A DNA stretch of 64,000 bases. It comes from Trichosphaerium sp. ATCC 40318. Lineage: Eukaryota; Protista; Tubulinea. Each line of letters starts with the position of its first letter. Within the stretch, counting starts at the first letter, position 1. The stretch covers positions 1 to 64,000 of the forward strand of contig JALMLS010000105.1 of NCBI GenBank assembly GCA_038496445.1. The letters are read 5' to 3'. Positions 1 through 12,731 of the stretch are shown in pieces. Position numbers and translations under genes: made by a program. The notes beneath the pieces are model-generated. The model searched no databases. It saw nothing but the letters and a program-made list of their open reading frames with translations, and was not told where the DNA came from.

Positions 1-37
1 CAGTCTTAGGTCATGTAAACATATGTCGAATATGAAA

Positions 38-61
38 TACCTGTTAAGGCATGTTTTGGTT
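38..61 (+). promoter_or_regulatory. 24-nt element conserved upstream of Rab paralogs 1 and 4
   Basis: TACCTGTTAAGGCATGTTTTGGTT at 38-61 equals the reverse complement of 53862-53885. Confidence 0.5.
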
Positions 62-105
62 TGTTGAAAGTTAAATATATAGATAGGTTAAACGAAAAAA
101 CTACT

Positions 106-1071
106 ATGGGTGGTAAAAGCAGCAAAGCGAGTAACAACAAACGAGAAAAAAAAGGTGAGAACTGTTAAACTTGATTTCTCCGTATATTTTGCTCTGAACT
201 CTACAAAAGACTTCCACAACCCCTTTTACAACTACTTTGCGAAGTCTTCTTTTTTACAAGCGTTTCTACCTTCTAGTGAGTAACTGATACACTCACATTA
301 GCCTTGAAAGTTGAAACGCCCATACAAGACTAGTACATTCCTCTTTGGCTTTCCGATTTTTCTTGACCACGTGTTTTTAGTGGTTATGAATACAAAATTA
401 TTACCTTTGGAGATCCTGGTGTTGGAAAAAGCAGTGCTATACGTAGATTTGTTGATGATACATATTCAGAACCATTCATCCCTACAGTCAGTGTTAACTT
501 TGTATGACACTTTGGTACTTTAAAATGCACGTGTTAACAAGATGTAGAGAGAGAAATACATACAAGTATTTGAGAAAACCATCAAGCTACAAATTTGGGA
601 TCAGTTTTGTGAGTGTTGATTGAGATTATTACATTAAATTATTTCGTTTTAATAGGTGATGAAAAATACGCAAGATATGGCAGGTACTTTCGACGTTCCA
701 ATGGTGCTTTGATAATGTATGATACTACAAACTTAGAGACGTTTCAAAATATCAAAAGGTGGGCACAAGAAGTTGAAAGATATGCACCAGATGAAATCCA
801 AGCAATACTTGTTGGAACAAAGAGTGATCTCATTGAAGAACATGCTGTTGATACTGATATTGCCCAGGTATAACAATAGTTTCATTTTTATTGGTTTGTT
901 AATTAAATTTAGGAATTTGCTGATGAACATGAGATGGAGTTTATTGAAATATCTTCCAAAGATGCAATCAATGGTATGTGTAGGTCTGTAAGCAAAATGG
1001 CTAACTTTATTTTCATAGTAAATGAAATGTTTATTTTGCTATCAGCCGCGATACTCGAGAATGATGAATAA
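106..1071 (+). CDS. Rab1-like small GTPase, N-myristoylation type, no C-terminal Cys (paralog 1; about 7 exons)
   Basis: Spliced by eye: MGGKSSKASNNKREK|ALKVETPIQDY|GYEYKIITFGDPGVGKSSAIRRFVDDTYSEPFIPTVSVNF|REKYIQVFEKTIKLQIWDQF|CDEKYARYGRYFRRSNGALIMYDTT...LVGTKSDL...|[20 protein letters not shown]|VNEMFILLSAAILENDE*; GT-AG introns. Confidence 0.85.
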
Positions 1072-1232
1072 CAACTAACTCTACCAGCAACTAATTAGTC
1101 ATTGTTGAGTAAATAAAGACATACCATGTTATCTTGCATCAGTCTGATTACTTTTTTTTCTAGTATGAAACACGTCCTTAGGTGAACAGAATTACTTAGT
1201 AAAGTGCACTTTCAGATCTTAGTTTTGATTCA

Positions 1233-1880
1233 ATGGCCAATGAAGCCGAGCCAAGAAAAGACTGCAGGACTTTCATCATTCCACCTTTTGATGCAGTAGT
1301 TTTAGTAGCACTGTGTGAATATAAGACACAGCTTGGTGTACTTGCCAGGCTGATAATCGACAAGAAAACAAAAAGTTGTTGTATTACAAGCCATATACAT
1401 TGTGTAATCCTTTTCAAAAATGTGTCACAGACGTTCTTACAGAACATGGGTTTTTTGAAAACTGTGATCTAAATGTAGGTATATCATCCTTGATTTTAGC
1501 TACGTCCTTTCTCCAACGTTCAGCTTACCTTTTCTTGTTGTACGTCTATTTGAGACATTTTATTATTGTTTCTGTGTTATGAAACGACAGGCTGATTAAT
1601 ACTTAGAACGGTTGTACTTTCGGCTTTGACTTTTGTGTATCCGGTTGTATTGGCTTTTTTTCACTCTCCCAAAAGAGGTAACACGTGATTTCTTTAACAA
1701 TTCTATTTTATTTCTTCAACAAACCACCTTTTTTGCTAGGATACATCATTGCAGTTTGACGACATTGACAATTTTGATGGTTTCTTTATCATTTTCCGGT
1801 AGGTTCCAATGCATGTGAAGTGGTGAAACGTTTTGACACAACACAAGCTCAGGATCTGTTAGATCTGTTAAACTGAGTGT
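1233..1880 (+). pseudogene. Degenerate paralog of the membrane-protein gene at 3786-4850
   Basis: Shares blocks such as CCAACGTTCAGCTTACCTTTTCTTG and TAGAACGGTTGTA..TTCGGCTTTGA with 4066-4475; a 2-nt indel relative to that copy shifts the frame. Confidence 0.4.
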
Positions 1881-2618
1881 CTTGTAAACTTTCAATTTGT
1901 AAGCTTGCTGTCATCAACTTTGCAATATTGTTTCCAAGAGCGTTCGATAAACTCAAGCTCACAAATACTATTACTTTTTACTTGGTCTTAATCCTGGATA
2001 TTAGGGCGTGTATTACTTGTTGACATACCCGTTGGGTATCCTCACAGAACACTTTGTGGCGCTAAACATGTTGATTTACTTACTAGCCGGACTTTTATAG
2101 TGACTAATCCGCTTATGAACCTTTACAGGGATATGGAAGAGTTGGTGCTATCTACAACAGCTCATTCGGTTCTATATGTTGCACTAGGTGGAGGCCGTTT
2201 TACTTTGTCTCATTGTTACTTAGCTGTGATAGATCTGAGTTACTGCATTTATTGATTACACTTTAAAAAACGAGTCTAATCACTGTCAAAGACACCACAA
2301 TAAATACTCGAGTGTCTAAGACTAGGCTCGTCTGGTCAAGAGAATCCGTCCAGCGGATAGAAATGTACTGACCTGTTTGTAACCTTAGAAGCTAATACAC
2401 GCTTGTCAGCCTCAACAGAAAAAATGCCTGAGGTTGCTTTGCTGCTTGAAATACGACTCTTTATTGTTATTTCAATACAAAGGTTTACATTAGTATGGAT
2501 ACCAGAATTAAGAGCACAGCCAAAGCGCATTGTTCTAGAATTGTATGAGAAACAAGATAAAAGTTCAAAGAGTGGCAATAACAACCGCTCATCCAGGAAT
2601 AAACTACACTTGTAATTG

Positions 2619-3592
2619 CTATTGGCTTTCTTCATCAATTTGATTAACCAACATTGCTGTTAACAGAATAAAGGCTTCTTTAACTACAACAATAAAGTCA
2701 GATGCTTGTATGTGTTGATGTAAACATACCATTGATTGCATCTTTGGAAGATATTTCAATAAACTCCATCTCATGTTCATCAGCAAACTCCTGATGTAAT
2801 TAACAAACCAACAAAAATGGAACTATTGTTAATACCTGGGCAATATCAGTATCAACAGCACGTTCTTCAATGAGATCAGATATCCTCTGGTGCATATATA
2901 TCAAGGTTAAGAACCCACGTTTTCGCGTATTCAAAAGTATGTTGGTTTGTAGTATCATACATTATCAAAGCACCATTGGAACCTCGATAATACCTGTCAC
3001 TACTTTTTTTTCGGAATTTCTCTGTATCTAAAAACAAATCTGTTGTTAACATACAATACAGCTTACAAAAAAAGCTGACGAGAAATGTCGCAAACTCGTA
3101 GTTTGACATCCTTGTCATACACTCTGATTGTTTTTACTTTCTAAACACTATAAACATGTGATACATTATTATAGAACTGGTTTCTATTGTGGCTGTGTGC
3201 AACTTTCTGTGATAGAAGAGTTATCACGTGTATTGTTACGTACAAAGTCAAAAGCCAATGTGGTCATGACAGACTCTGAGAAAGTATCATCAGAAAATCT
3301 AAGTGTTTTTCCAACACCAAATTCACCCATCATAATTATTTTGAATTCATAATCACTAAAACACGTGATCAAGAAATGTAATTAGCGAAGAGGAATGTAC
3401 TAGTCTCGTTTTGAGTTTTTTATATCCTTTGCAGCTAATACCGGCTTGTCAGTCACACAATGGATTAAAACTCGAAAAAGTAGTTTGATGGGGGTTGTAG
3501 AACTCTTTTGTAGAGGTTGAAAGCAAAACACAAATAAACAACATCACCTTTTTTTTGTGGTTTTACGCATGTGTACTGCTTTTAACACCCAT
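2619..3592 (-). pseudogene. Rab1-like GTPase pseudogene (paralog 2)
   Basis: Same exon layout as paralog 1, but exon 1 reads MGVKSSTHA*; residues are missing after the P-loop (GVGKTLRF); a 26-nt deletion removes the LVGTKS G4 segment and gives APEDI*. Confidence 0.85.
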
Positions 3593-3785
3593 TGCGTGTA
3601 GTATGGTGTAAGACTCTATTTTCAATGAAATTGAAGTGCGAGCGTTTAAACAAAAACTGTGTTATAGGTAGTGCTTAACACGTGTTAAAGCACTTGGGTT
3701 TTTTTGAAATACCACACCAAACAAAACCCAAGTCAATCAAGATCCGTATTCGTTTTTTGATTTTTTACTAGTAAGCAACAACACT

Positions 3786-4850
3786 ATGAACCTCACCGAA
3801 CGCATTGATGACCTTGTCAAAAAATCAGGCTGGATAATAATGATACAAGCCGAACGCATACCAAACCTCACCAAACTGTGTACAGTAATACAGCGATACA
3901 TTTTTTTCTTCACCAATCCCAATGAGTTTTGTTAAATCTCTTAGGCACTCTCGGCTGTTTCTCAAGTTATGTCATTTGTAGCATATTATATGGGACCACA
4001 CTCTCGCTTATTTTTTATTACGTGGTACTGATACACGTGATGTAAACTTCTGATGTGATTGTAGGTACTTCATACTTGGCTTTAGCTACTATATTTCTCG
4101 CCAACGTTCAGCTTACCTTTTCTTGGTTGTACGTCAGTTGAGTAATTATTGTCTGTCGCAAGCAAGCACGAAAAATCAGAGCAAAATATGCAAACTGTTA
4201 TTCGTTCAAAAGTCAAGATCTAGCACAACGTATAAAGTTTTGTCAGAACTGTAATATCTGTCACCTTTAAGCGAAGCTTTTACACATCAACAGCTTCAGT
4301 TATGACAGTTCTGTTACAAGTTGGACAACCTTGTAGATCTGTCAAACCTGTCAAATCTCAAACTGTGCCTGCAGATCTGTACATTCTTAGTTTTTTCGGC
4401 AACCTTGCTTGCGACGGACAAATAACCACAGTGCAAACTAATAATGCTAGAACGGTTGTATTCATTCGGCTTTGATGATCTTTTATGCTTACCTGTTGGC
4501 TTTTGCACTCCGATGCTGGATAGTATACGCCATCGCTTCGTGGCTTATCGCAGTTCTACAAATATTGAGCATTATGTGTAGCTTCAGGCTTTACAAGTGG
4601 ATCCAAGAGGAGGTACCAGGGTTGCTTTTAATTATGTTGTTTATTTGTAGTTCAACTTTTTACATTCTTTTCTTCAAGGGTAAATCAGTAGAAGAGCCTT
4701 CATCAAACCAGGAAGTGTATCAAGAAACAAAGGTACACGTCACTTTTTTAAAGCAGTAGTTCGCTAACTACTTTTTAGGTTCCTCAACCAGGAGTAGCAC
4801 AAGGTGTTTCGTTGGAGCCAACTGGATATTATATGTTGTCAAACCTGTAA
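3786..4850 (+). CDS. Hypothetical multi-pass membrane protein (intron-containing)
   Basis: Hydrophobic exons (ORF 4472-4759) bounded by GT-AG sites; last exon VPQPGVAQGVSLEPTGYYMLSNL*; exon structure uncertain. Confidence 0.4.
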
Positions 4851-5489
4851 GCTGAATTTGTCTTGCCTCATTTGTCGATCAAAATGTCAATACACGTCAA
4901 AGCCTTTCTAATTTCGATGAAAAAAAAGCAAAGTTTCGCTTTTTCTCAAGAGCCTTGGTTTTCCACTTGGGGTGTTTGCGGGTGGGTTTGGCATGAAGTT
5001 TACGTGGAGGCTTTACCACCAGTCGATCTACACGCAGTTGGCTTTGTACGGGCCATTACAAGAAGTGTTTTAGTAAATAAGTGTAGTTAACTAAACACTT
5101 AACATGCCAGTTATCCCAAAGTAGCGGTGTAGTAGAGCAATACCCAAATACCAGTTATTGGAAGCTAAACAAGTTTCCTGCCAGCTAACGTCATTCAATA
5201 AGAATAATGTGGCATGCCACTTATCAATCATATGAATCCAATAATTTTTCAATCAACCTGATTGATTACATGATTGATTACTCGCATCTTTGATTTGAAA
5301 TACACAAGAAAAGATCGCCTTACGAACAAATAGTTAACCAATCTATCAGTAGATTGATACAAATTCATGATTAAGTTGTACCTAATCAATCAGTTGCCTT
5401 AGCTCTTTTTTTTCAATCAACGTTTTTTTATTCATTTTTTAAACAACTCAACAACTATCAACACACCTCCCAACAACAATAAAATCACC

Positions 5490-6343
5490 ATGAACTCAAC
5501 TACACAAAACAACCAACTGTCATATGGTATTGATACACGTCCAAAAAAAAGAAGAAAAATAACTGGCGGCCCTTTTTACCAGATATCATGCTTAACGCTG
5601 CCACTCCTGAAAAAAGATAACATGTTTGTAACCTCTATGCAAATAACTTTAAAAAACACTGTTCTTCTAAGGAGAATAAGTTAACAACGCAAGATGTGAC
5701 TTGTTTCTTTAAACAAATTCAATCAAATTTCAATCAACAAACTAGAGCTCGAAATATTATCATTCAAAATCAAACAGCAAAACTACAACACCTACAATCT
5801 TGTTACAAAAATGCACAGAAACAAATTATGAGTAACAATGAAGTACATGCAACAGAGGCTGTAAAAAAAGAACTGAAGAAAAAACAAGAGGATATTGCAA
5901 TTATCAAGAAAAATCTCTCTCATGCAACTGCTGTCCTTGAAGCACATGAAAAACAGCACAATGAACTTATGAGAATGTATAGCAAACAGAAACGTGTTCT
6001 AGAAGAATGTATCCTCAGCTCACGTGATGATATAAGAAAAATAAAGGAACAAGGACAATTGATATTGAATGAAGAACAGATACTTGAAGACCGCTACAAA
6101 CAAGCTTTAGAACCATGTATAATACAAAGTATACATGCAAAAACAGAAGTGATACATTCAGAAAACGTGCTAGAACAGGTTAAAAGAGAGCTATTTGCGT
6201 TGGAAACACATAACCCTGAAAAAGTTCAATTTCAAGCATTCTTAAAGAAGATGGCAATGCAGCTTGAAATAGATCCTGATCTCGAGTTATCTGTCCTAGC
6301 AGCTACTATAGAAAAGTTTATCAGAAGTAAAGCTATGAAATAA
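5490..6343 (+). CDS. Hypothetical coiled-coil protein with NLS-like PKKRRK
   Basis: 215-aa heptad-rich ORF 5696-6343, preceded by ATG ORF 5490-5684 in good context; junction unresolved; AATAAA-like signal at the stop. Confidence 0.55.
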
Positions 6344-6906
6344 ACCATTATATTAAAATCGCACTCACAAGTTTGTTTTCCATGGAAACCCGTAGTCTCT
6401 TCTTTAGTGTAAAGCATGTTGTTAGCCTTTGTAACTTGCTCTTGATTTGTACACTAAAAAGAGACAAGGAAAAACCATACTAATATGTGCAACTTTTCTT
6501 TAGCATCTACTAGAGCAGGTGGCTGGACGGTAGGAGCTATTTGAAGCCATCTTCTTAAAGAGTTTCGATAATGCGAAAAATGAAACAGAGCATTTAATTT
6601 GTTTTATTTTTATCACGTGTCTCGCCAAACTATTGTAAAGAGGTATGTACCTGGCGAAGATTGTTCGTACTGATTGTTGGCATTGTAACTCTTGTTTAAA
6701 GTTAAAATTCTCTTTTTAGTTACAAGCTACAAGTTCACCTGTGCTAAATGTTCACACGGACACGCAGGTTCACCCGAAGCAGGGTCTTGATGGCGTGATC
6801 ATCATTAAGGTCACTCTAAGTCATGACTCCACTACGAATAAATACATTTTCGTGGTCTCTACTACACAGGATCTACCATACAACCTACATCTCTTTTAGA
6901 TACAAA

Positions 6907-7974
6907 ATGAATTCAAACAGCACGTTCTTTGATGAGATTCCTGTGGAAGTCATTATTTACATTCTACAGTTTGTTTCTAAGTTAACTATGCATTCGGTAG
7001 TACGTACTTCAAAATTATTAAAAATTGTCGCAATACAACACATGGGATACATAAACAGAAGAGAGATTGTCATCACATCAAAACAATCACTCAAAAAACT
7101 GTACAAAACAATGCCTCATCTAATTAAAACAAGCACGATAACCATCAAGTTCCCTATCAAACAGAAACAATTACAGTATCTTCAAGGAGTGTACTGCCTT
7201 AGACTTTGTAATAATAACATCAAGAAAATAGATTTCACGGACTTAAAAGCTGAAAGCATAGACTTTAGTTGGTATATTACTGATGATCACCTCATACAAC
7301 TTTCTGGAATCAAAAGAATAGATTTATTTAACATGCGCCAATTGACAGATACAGGTATCAAGGCGTTGGCTGGTGTACATACAATCGATGTTTCATTCAC
7401 ACGTGTTACTGATGAAGGCATTAAACCATTAGCTGGTGTTCATACTATCAATCTAGCACATACATGTGTGACTGATGAAGGCATTAAATCATTGGCTGGC
7501 GTTCACAAAATTAATCTTAGCAGTTGTAGAAAAGTAACCAATCACGGTATTAAGGCTTTGGTTGGTGTTCATACAATTAACCTTCATAACACAAGAGTGA
7601 CGAATAGTGGTGTAAAGGCTTTAGTTGGAGTTCATGATATTAATCTGAGTAGAACTTCAGTAACTAACAAAGGTATTAAGGCATTAGCTGGCGTACATAC
7701 AATTAATTTAAAGCGCTGTTGGAAAGTCACTGATGATGGTATCAAGGCACTGGCTGGGGTTTATAGAATTAACCTTTCTAATACTAATGTAACAGACACA
7801 AGCCTCAAAGAATTAGGTGGTGTTCATACAATATATCTTAACAACACAATAGTAACTGATGAAGGTATTAAAGCACTTACTGGAGTTCATACTATTAGCC
7901 TGCGTGGCTGTAAGAAAGTAACGAATGAAGGTGTTAAACAACTGGCCGGAGTTCATAGTCTTTTTTTGGATTAA
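6907..7974 (+). CDS. F-box / leucine-rich-repeat protein (intronless)
   Basis: F-box-like FDEIPVEVIIYILQFV, then more than 10 repeats of about 22 aa, LAGVHTINLSxTxVTDEGIK. Confidence 0.9.
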   Translation: MNSNSTFFDEIPVEVIIYILQFVSKLTMHSVVRTSKLLKIVAIQHMGYINRREIVITSKQSLKKLYKTMPHLIKTSTITIKFPIKQKQLQYLQGVYCLRLCNNNIKKIDFTDLKAESIDFSWYITDDHLIQLSGIKRIDLFNMRQLTDTGIKALAGVHTIDVSFTRVTDEGIKPLAGVHTINLAHTCVTDEGIKSLAGVHKINLSSCRKVTNHGIKALVGVHTINLHNTRVTNSGVKALVGVHDINLSRTSVTNKGIKALAGVHTINLKRCWKVTDDGIKALAGVYRINLSNTNVTDTSLKELGGVHTIYLNNTIVTDEGIKALTGVHTISLRGCKKVTNEGVKQLAGVHSLFLD

Positions 7975-8520
7975 AAGTGCCAAGTTGTACATCACTATGA
8001 TAGTAATCAATAAAAGCCATAGCCCACGTACCTTTTCTTGTGACAATGTCGCCGGCCATAAAGGTTCTAATCATTTTTGAGTTTACTTTGCTTAACAGTA
8101 CTGATATCACGTTCCCATGTGGAGTACTTTCTACACTTTCACTACAAGTCACACGCTAAGCATAAAAGACGTTGCTTAGAAGATACATGGTAGCATTAAG
8201 TAATGCTTGGTGTCACATCTCACTAAACAAACACAATCGATCAAGCGGAAAAAACTATCATACTGAAACTTACAGCTCCCGAAGGAGTGCACTCCCTCAG
8301 ACTTGAGACCGTTTGGATAAAGATACTCAAAAGCTTGTTTCCAACTGAGGGAATGCTGTAGGAGTGAACGCCAACATGTGGCTGTATATAAAGCCAGATA
8401 AACATACTATTGCCTTCAAGTACGGTATTAGCTTTTACTCAAAGCACCAATGGTATAAAACTTGAATACGTGACTGTTTATTGAGTTGTGTACAACCTTA
8501 TGCTTGTGTAGATTGTGCTT

Positions 8521-8841
8521 CTACACCCATTCCCACCTCGGTTGGAAGACCTGTATATCTGTGTCAATACAAATAAAACAAAATCTATGTACCATGTACA
8601 AACGCTCACAGGTCAACTTTTGTGTTAACAACAAGCACTTTCTCCGTTTATTGTACTCACTTGGAGTAATAAAACCAACTTCAACAAGACTGGATAAACC
8701 ATTGAGTTCTCTGGTAATCTGCTCATCATCTGCTATTAGGATAGGGCTGAAACTAAAAAGGGTGTCAAATAATGACATTTTTTTTTTGGATTCTTCTGTA
8801 CTTTGATTGCTGCTTGGCGAAGTCAACTGGATCGTGTTCAA
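8521..8841 (-). other. Possible gene fragment with a SHOCT-like helix pair
   Basis: ELNGLSSLVEVGFITPSEYNKRRKCLL resembles the SHOCT consensus (L..L...G.IT.EEY...K..LL); no clear full gene. Confidence 0.3.
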
Positions 8842-9340
8842 CAGGATTTATACTTAATTAACAAGTTAGTCAGTTATAACTTTTAAAATCACGTGAAGCT
8901 TATTAAGATGTATAGAAGGGAAGCGTACTTGTTTGTTGAACTGTAATTTGTCTCAATTTTATTTGGTTTATTCACACGTGGTTCATTTCGTGTTTGGTTA
9001 TCCGTAGGCATTTGTTGCATTTGTCTGTATGAGATTTCAGGTAAAATAAGGTTGTCAGGTATGAATGCCATCCGTGAGGGCTTTAGCCCCGATGTACTGC
9101 GTCTACAGTTGGCCATATGCAAATAAGGTTGAGACCACTATTTGAGGAGTTTTAGGAGATAAAATGGCTACAAGTGATAATAGTCCAAAAAAGTCGTCAT
9201 ATTCTTTTCGCTACTGCCAGTTTACAACAGCAAGTGCAACATTAAATTCTAGTTACTCAACTTAACACTTGCTTGTGACAGACTACATCTTGCTTAAACT
9301 TGTATGTCACTGTAATAAAAGGACACAAAAGTGCAAGAAG

Positions 9341-9535
9341 TGAAGAAGAACATCACTTATTTCCCTCCTGAAATCATTTCAAATATTCTACATCATGTGG
9401 ATGACAAAGATTTTTCCTGTTGCTCAATCATGTCATTTTATGGCTGATATTGTTAATGATATTGTTGGATACAGACAGGTTTACCTCGATAGATACAATT
9501 TTAATGCTACATCAAGTATAAAATCTATTGGATGA
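9341..9535 (+). pseudogene. F-box fragment of the F-box/LRR family
   Basis: KKNITYFPPEIISNILHHVDDKDF / frameshift / VAQSCHFMADIVNDIVGYRQVY; truncated, no LRRs. Confidence 0.55.
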
Positions 9536-9648
9536 GCCATTTCAATTTGAGTCCGTAGAGAGGCTACGAGAAGCAGGAGTGAACGCAAGTGGATGACTTA
9601 CAATGGTGAAGCACAGGCTTTGTATAGCCTCATTGACAATTCATATAT

Positions 9649-10495
9649 TTAAAGATTCGCAGTGGAGTGCTTAGTTTGATTCGAGAATATTGATGTCGTT
9701 ACACGACACTTGTGAACGCTTTTGAGAGTTTTTATACTTATATCGGTTGCACAAGTATAGCTAAGATCTATTATATGCACACCTTTAAGGGCACTTACAC
9801 CGTAATCTGATACGCTGGTGCATGTTAAATTAATATTGTGTACACCAGCAAGTGCGATCACTCCTGCATCCTGTGCGTGAGTATAACTAAGATCTATCTC
9901 GTATACGCCTTTGAGTTCTTTTATTCCTTCATCTGTTATACCAGGCACTTGGCTAAGGTGGATAGTATGAACTCCTTTTAATTTTTTTATGCCCTCATTT
10001 GTAACAAAGGTTTGGTTTAGGTAGATTGTATGAACACCAGCAAGGCATGAGATGCCAACATCTGTTATGTTCCTGACCTTGTTGAGGTTGATCGTATGAA
10101 CACCTGCAAGACATGAAATACCGTCATCGGTTACATCTGTCTCTTCAAGGTTAATACTTTGAACTCCTGAAAGTAGTTTGATTATTTCATCTGCGGAATC
10201 TGATTTCACTGTGATTGCTGTGTTCTTTAGAACAGCTTTGTGCCTTCTTATTAATTGTGCTTGTTGCACGTTCGTAATTGTCAAGGTATCGTACCAATTA
10301 CGTCGCGATTCATTGAAGCAAACAATGAACAACTTTTCGCTACAGAAACGCTGGTTTTAGGCGTTTGCGAGAGTATTTTTGTTAGAATCTCTGTTGGTAG
10401 GTCTAGAAGCTCCGTATTGCGGCTAAGTATAGGTCAAATGTTTGCGCTTCGCGTTATAACTGATTAAACCGGTACCTGCTTGGTTCTGTCGACAT
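9649..10495 (-). pseudogene. F-box / LRR gene with a 1-nt frameshift (pseudogene or assembly error)
   Basis: MSTEPS|intron|RNTELLDLPTEILTKIL...RDVIG, frameshift near 10290, then YDTLTITN and LAGVHTINL-type repeats. Confidence 0.75.
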
Positions 10496-10928
10496 GGTTG
10501 TAAAGTTTAAAAGCTTGACTTATCCGTGGTTACCTAATTCAACACAATTTTTTTTGTTGTTTTTGTTAGTGTAAACGACAAGTCATTCTTAGTCTTGAGT
10601 ATTTCATAAATATTGCTAATTAGCAAAGATACAAGGCGCACAAACTATTGAAAGTGCCAGAAGAAATACATCTTCGTTAACAGTTAACACAATAAAACAA
10701 TTTCACAGAACGAGAACAAGTTGTAAACAATCACTAAGTGTAAAAACGTGACGTACTACAATTAGGTATAAGATGGAGTTACAATAAAAAAGATGTTCTT
10801 GCAACATTTTCCTTGGTTGCCTTACTTACAAATCTAAGGACGTGGAGAAACAACAAAAAGACTATTGCGGTAAGGTGCCTTAACACAAGTACACTTATAG
10901 CAAACGATCCTATTGTACTGTACAACGT

Positions 10929-12548
10929 ATGGAAAAGTTCGTACGGTGGTCTGATGGATATACAGGCATTCAACCGTTTATCCCTGCGCGTGTACGCATT
11001 TTTAACGTTATAATTACGCAGTATGGCTTTAACAATCTAATTGAAGCGTTAATAGGGTAAAAACGTATCATTTATGAGCAAATTGTGTAAATACGGCGTT
11101 TATGGTTTGATATTACTTCTCATTCGTTTACCAATACTATTGGCGTTGGTTTTAATACTTTTACCAGTAGTTCTGCTTCAAAAACTGGTATGAACCTCTC
11201 AAAGCACTATAACTAACTGCGTAAAGCTTTTTATATCATTCCTACAGCGTATAATCTTTTTCCTGTTGATAAAACCGCTTCTTCGCTTAATTCTCTTTGT
11301 AATGGTACGCAATAACGATATATACGCGTAAAATGTATAAACAATTGACATACACGTCACAAAATCAAAGTCAGCATATCAGCTTTTGATTTTCCTCAAA
11401 AGTCAAAATTGGATTCACCACTTTGGGGTTATCTCAGAAAAAATAGTCTCACACCGTTCTTTTGTAGGGATTTTACTGGATAACGTATAAATCAAGAGGA
11501 GTAGAAAAGGTCAGCAATAGTAAGAAGCCACCACTTCTAATTGCAAATCATGTATCGTACCTGGACGTCATTTTCTTGTGTAAGTGCAATTCTTTCATTT
11601 TTTTTTTCTGGTTCGTCAAGCGCACGTGACTTTTGAAAATTGGGTTTTTGTACACTCAATTTTTTACCCTGTAATTTCTATCTCGTACCTTCACTTTTGA
11701 TTGGCGTGAACAAAGAAAACAATAGTTCAAGCCTTTTATAAACTAAGTCAGTGATCCACTAATAATTGTCCCTTAGACTACTTAACAGGAGGTCGCTTTG
11801 TTGTTGGTCCAAATGATAAACAATCACCAGACTGTATTACTCAGTCATGTATGCCAGCAATATTTCAATCCATTTATGATTACCCATTACCTGCATCAAA
11901 GGTAAAACCCAAAAAAAAAATGCCGATTTGTGAACAAAAAAACTTGAGTTGTTGACTTTATTATTAGTGTCAGTCATTCGAAGATATACTCAAAAAAGAG
12001 TCTTGTCCTCTTGTCTTATTCCCAGAATCTACAACAACAAATGGTGAATGCTTGCTTGGAACCTCTGATGCACTTCGAACAGGATTGGATCTTGCAGGAA
12101 GACAAATGCGTCTTGTTGCTATTAAATATCCCACAAATAATTCATTCAGTCCTTCATTCACAGTAGGCAATGTATACCTCCATTTCATAAAGCTTTTGAT
12201 GCAGGTACATACCAAGAAACAAGCCAATATCGACTTAAGAAATCACATCATTTTTTTTCTGAAAACTTTTTCATGGTTGTCTTTTGATGACGTCTGAGCA
12301 CGACAGTCGTCATAAATTCGTAATCACGTGGTTTTTTACTTATGTTATTTGTATAGCCAAGTAATACGCTTAAAGTGACGTTCATCCCTCACCAACAAGT
12401 ACCTTCTGTATCAGCTAAAAACTTTACAGAAAAAACATATGAGTTGCTTGCAAGTACGCTTAATGTAAAATGTGCAAAGATAACTGTAACGAGAAAACTT
12501 GAATTTAAGGAGTATTACTACAACTATAAAAAACTAAAAAGCAATTAA
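10929..12548 (+). CDS. Lysophospholipid acyltransferase, LOA1/VPS66-like (PlsC fold)
   Basis: N-terminus MEKFVRWSDGYTGIQPFIP; motif I LIANHVSYLD; motif III LFPESTTTNG; C-terminal KKLKSN (KxKxx ER-retrieval). Confidence 0.85.
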
Positions 12549-12731
12549 ACACACGTGCCAATTGTCAAACAGCTGAAAAAAAAATAAAATTTCAAAAAAA
12601 GCAAATTGTCGACTTCCCTTAATGTTTACACTTCCACCACGCCCTTTACATGCATGAAACTATTTGAATGCATTTCATTGACTACTTTGACAGTTTATTC
12701 AATTCACAAGATTCGCAACTTGTGGCTTCAT

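Noticed and set aside
106-168. Conserved in-frame TAA after KGxxC in Rab exon 1, suggesting stop-codon reassignment or a micropeptide
   Set aside because: It lies inside a GT-AG intron; many genes here end in TAA/TAG/TGA normally
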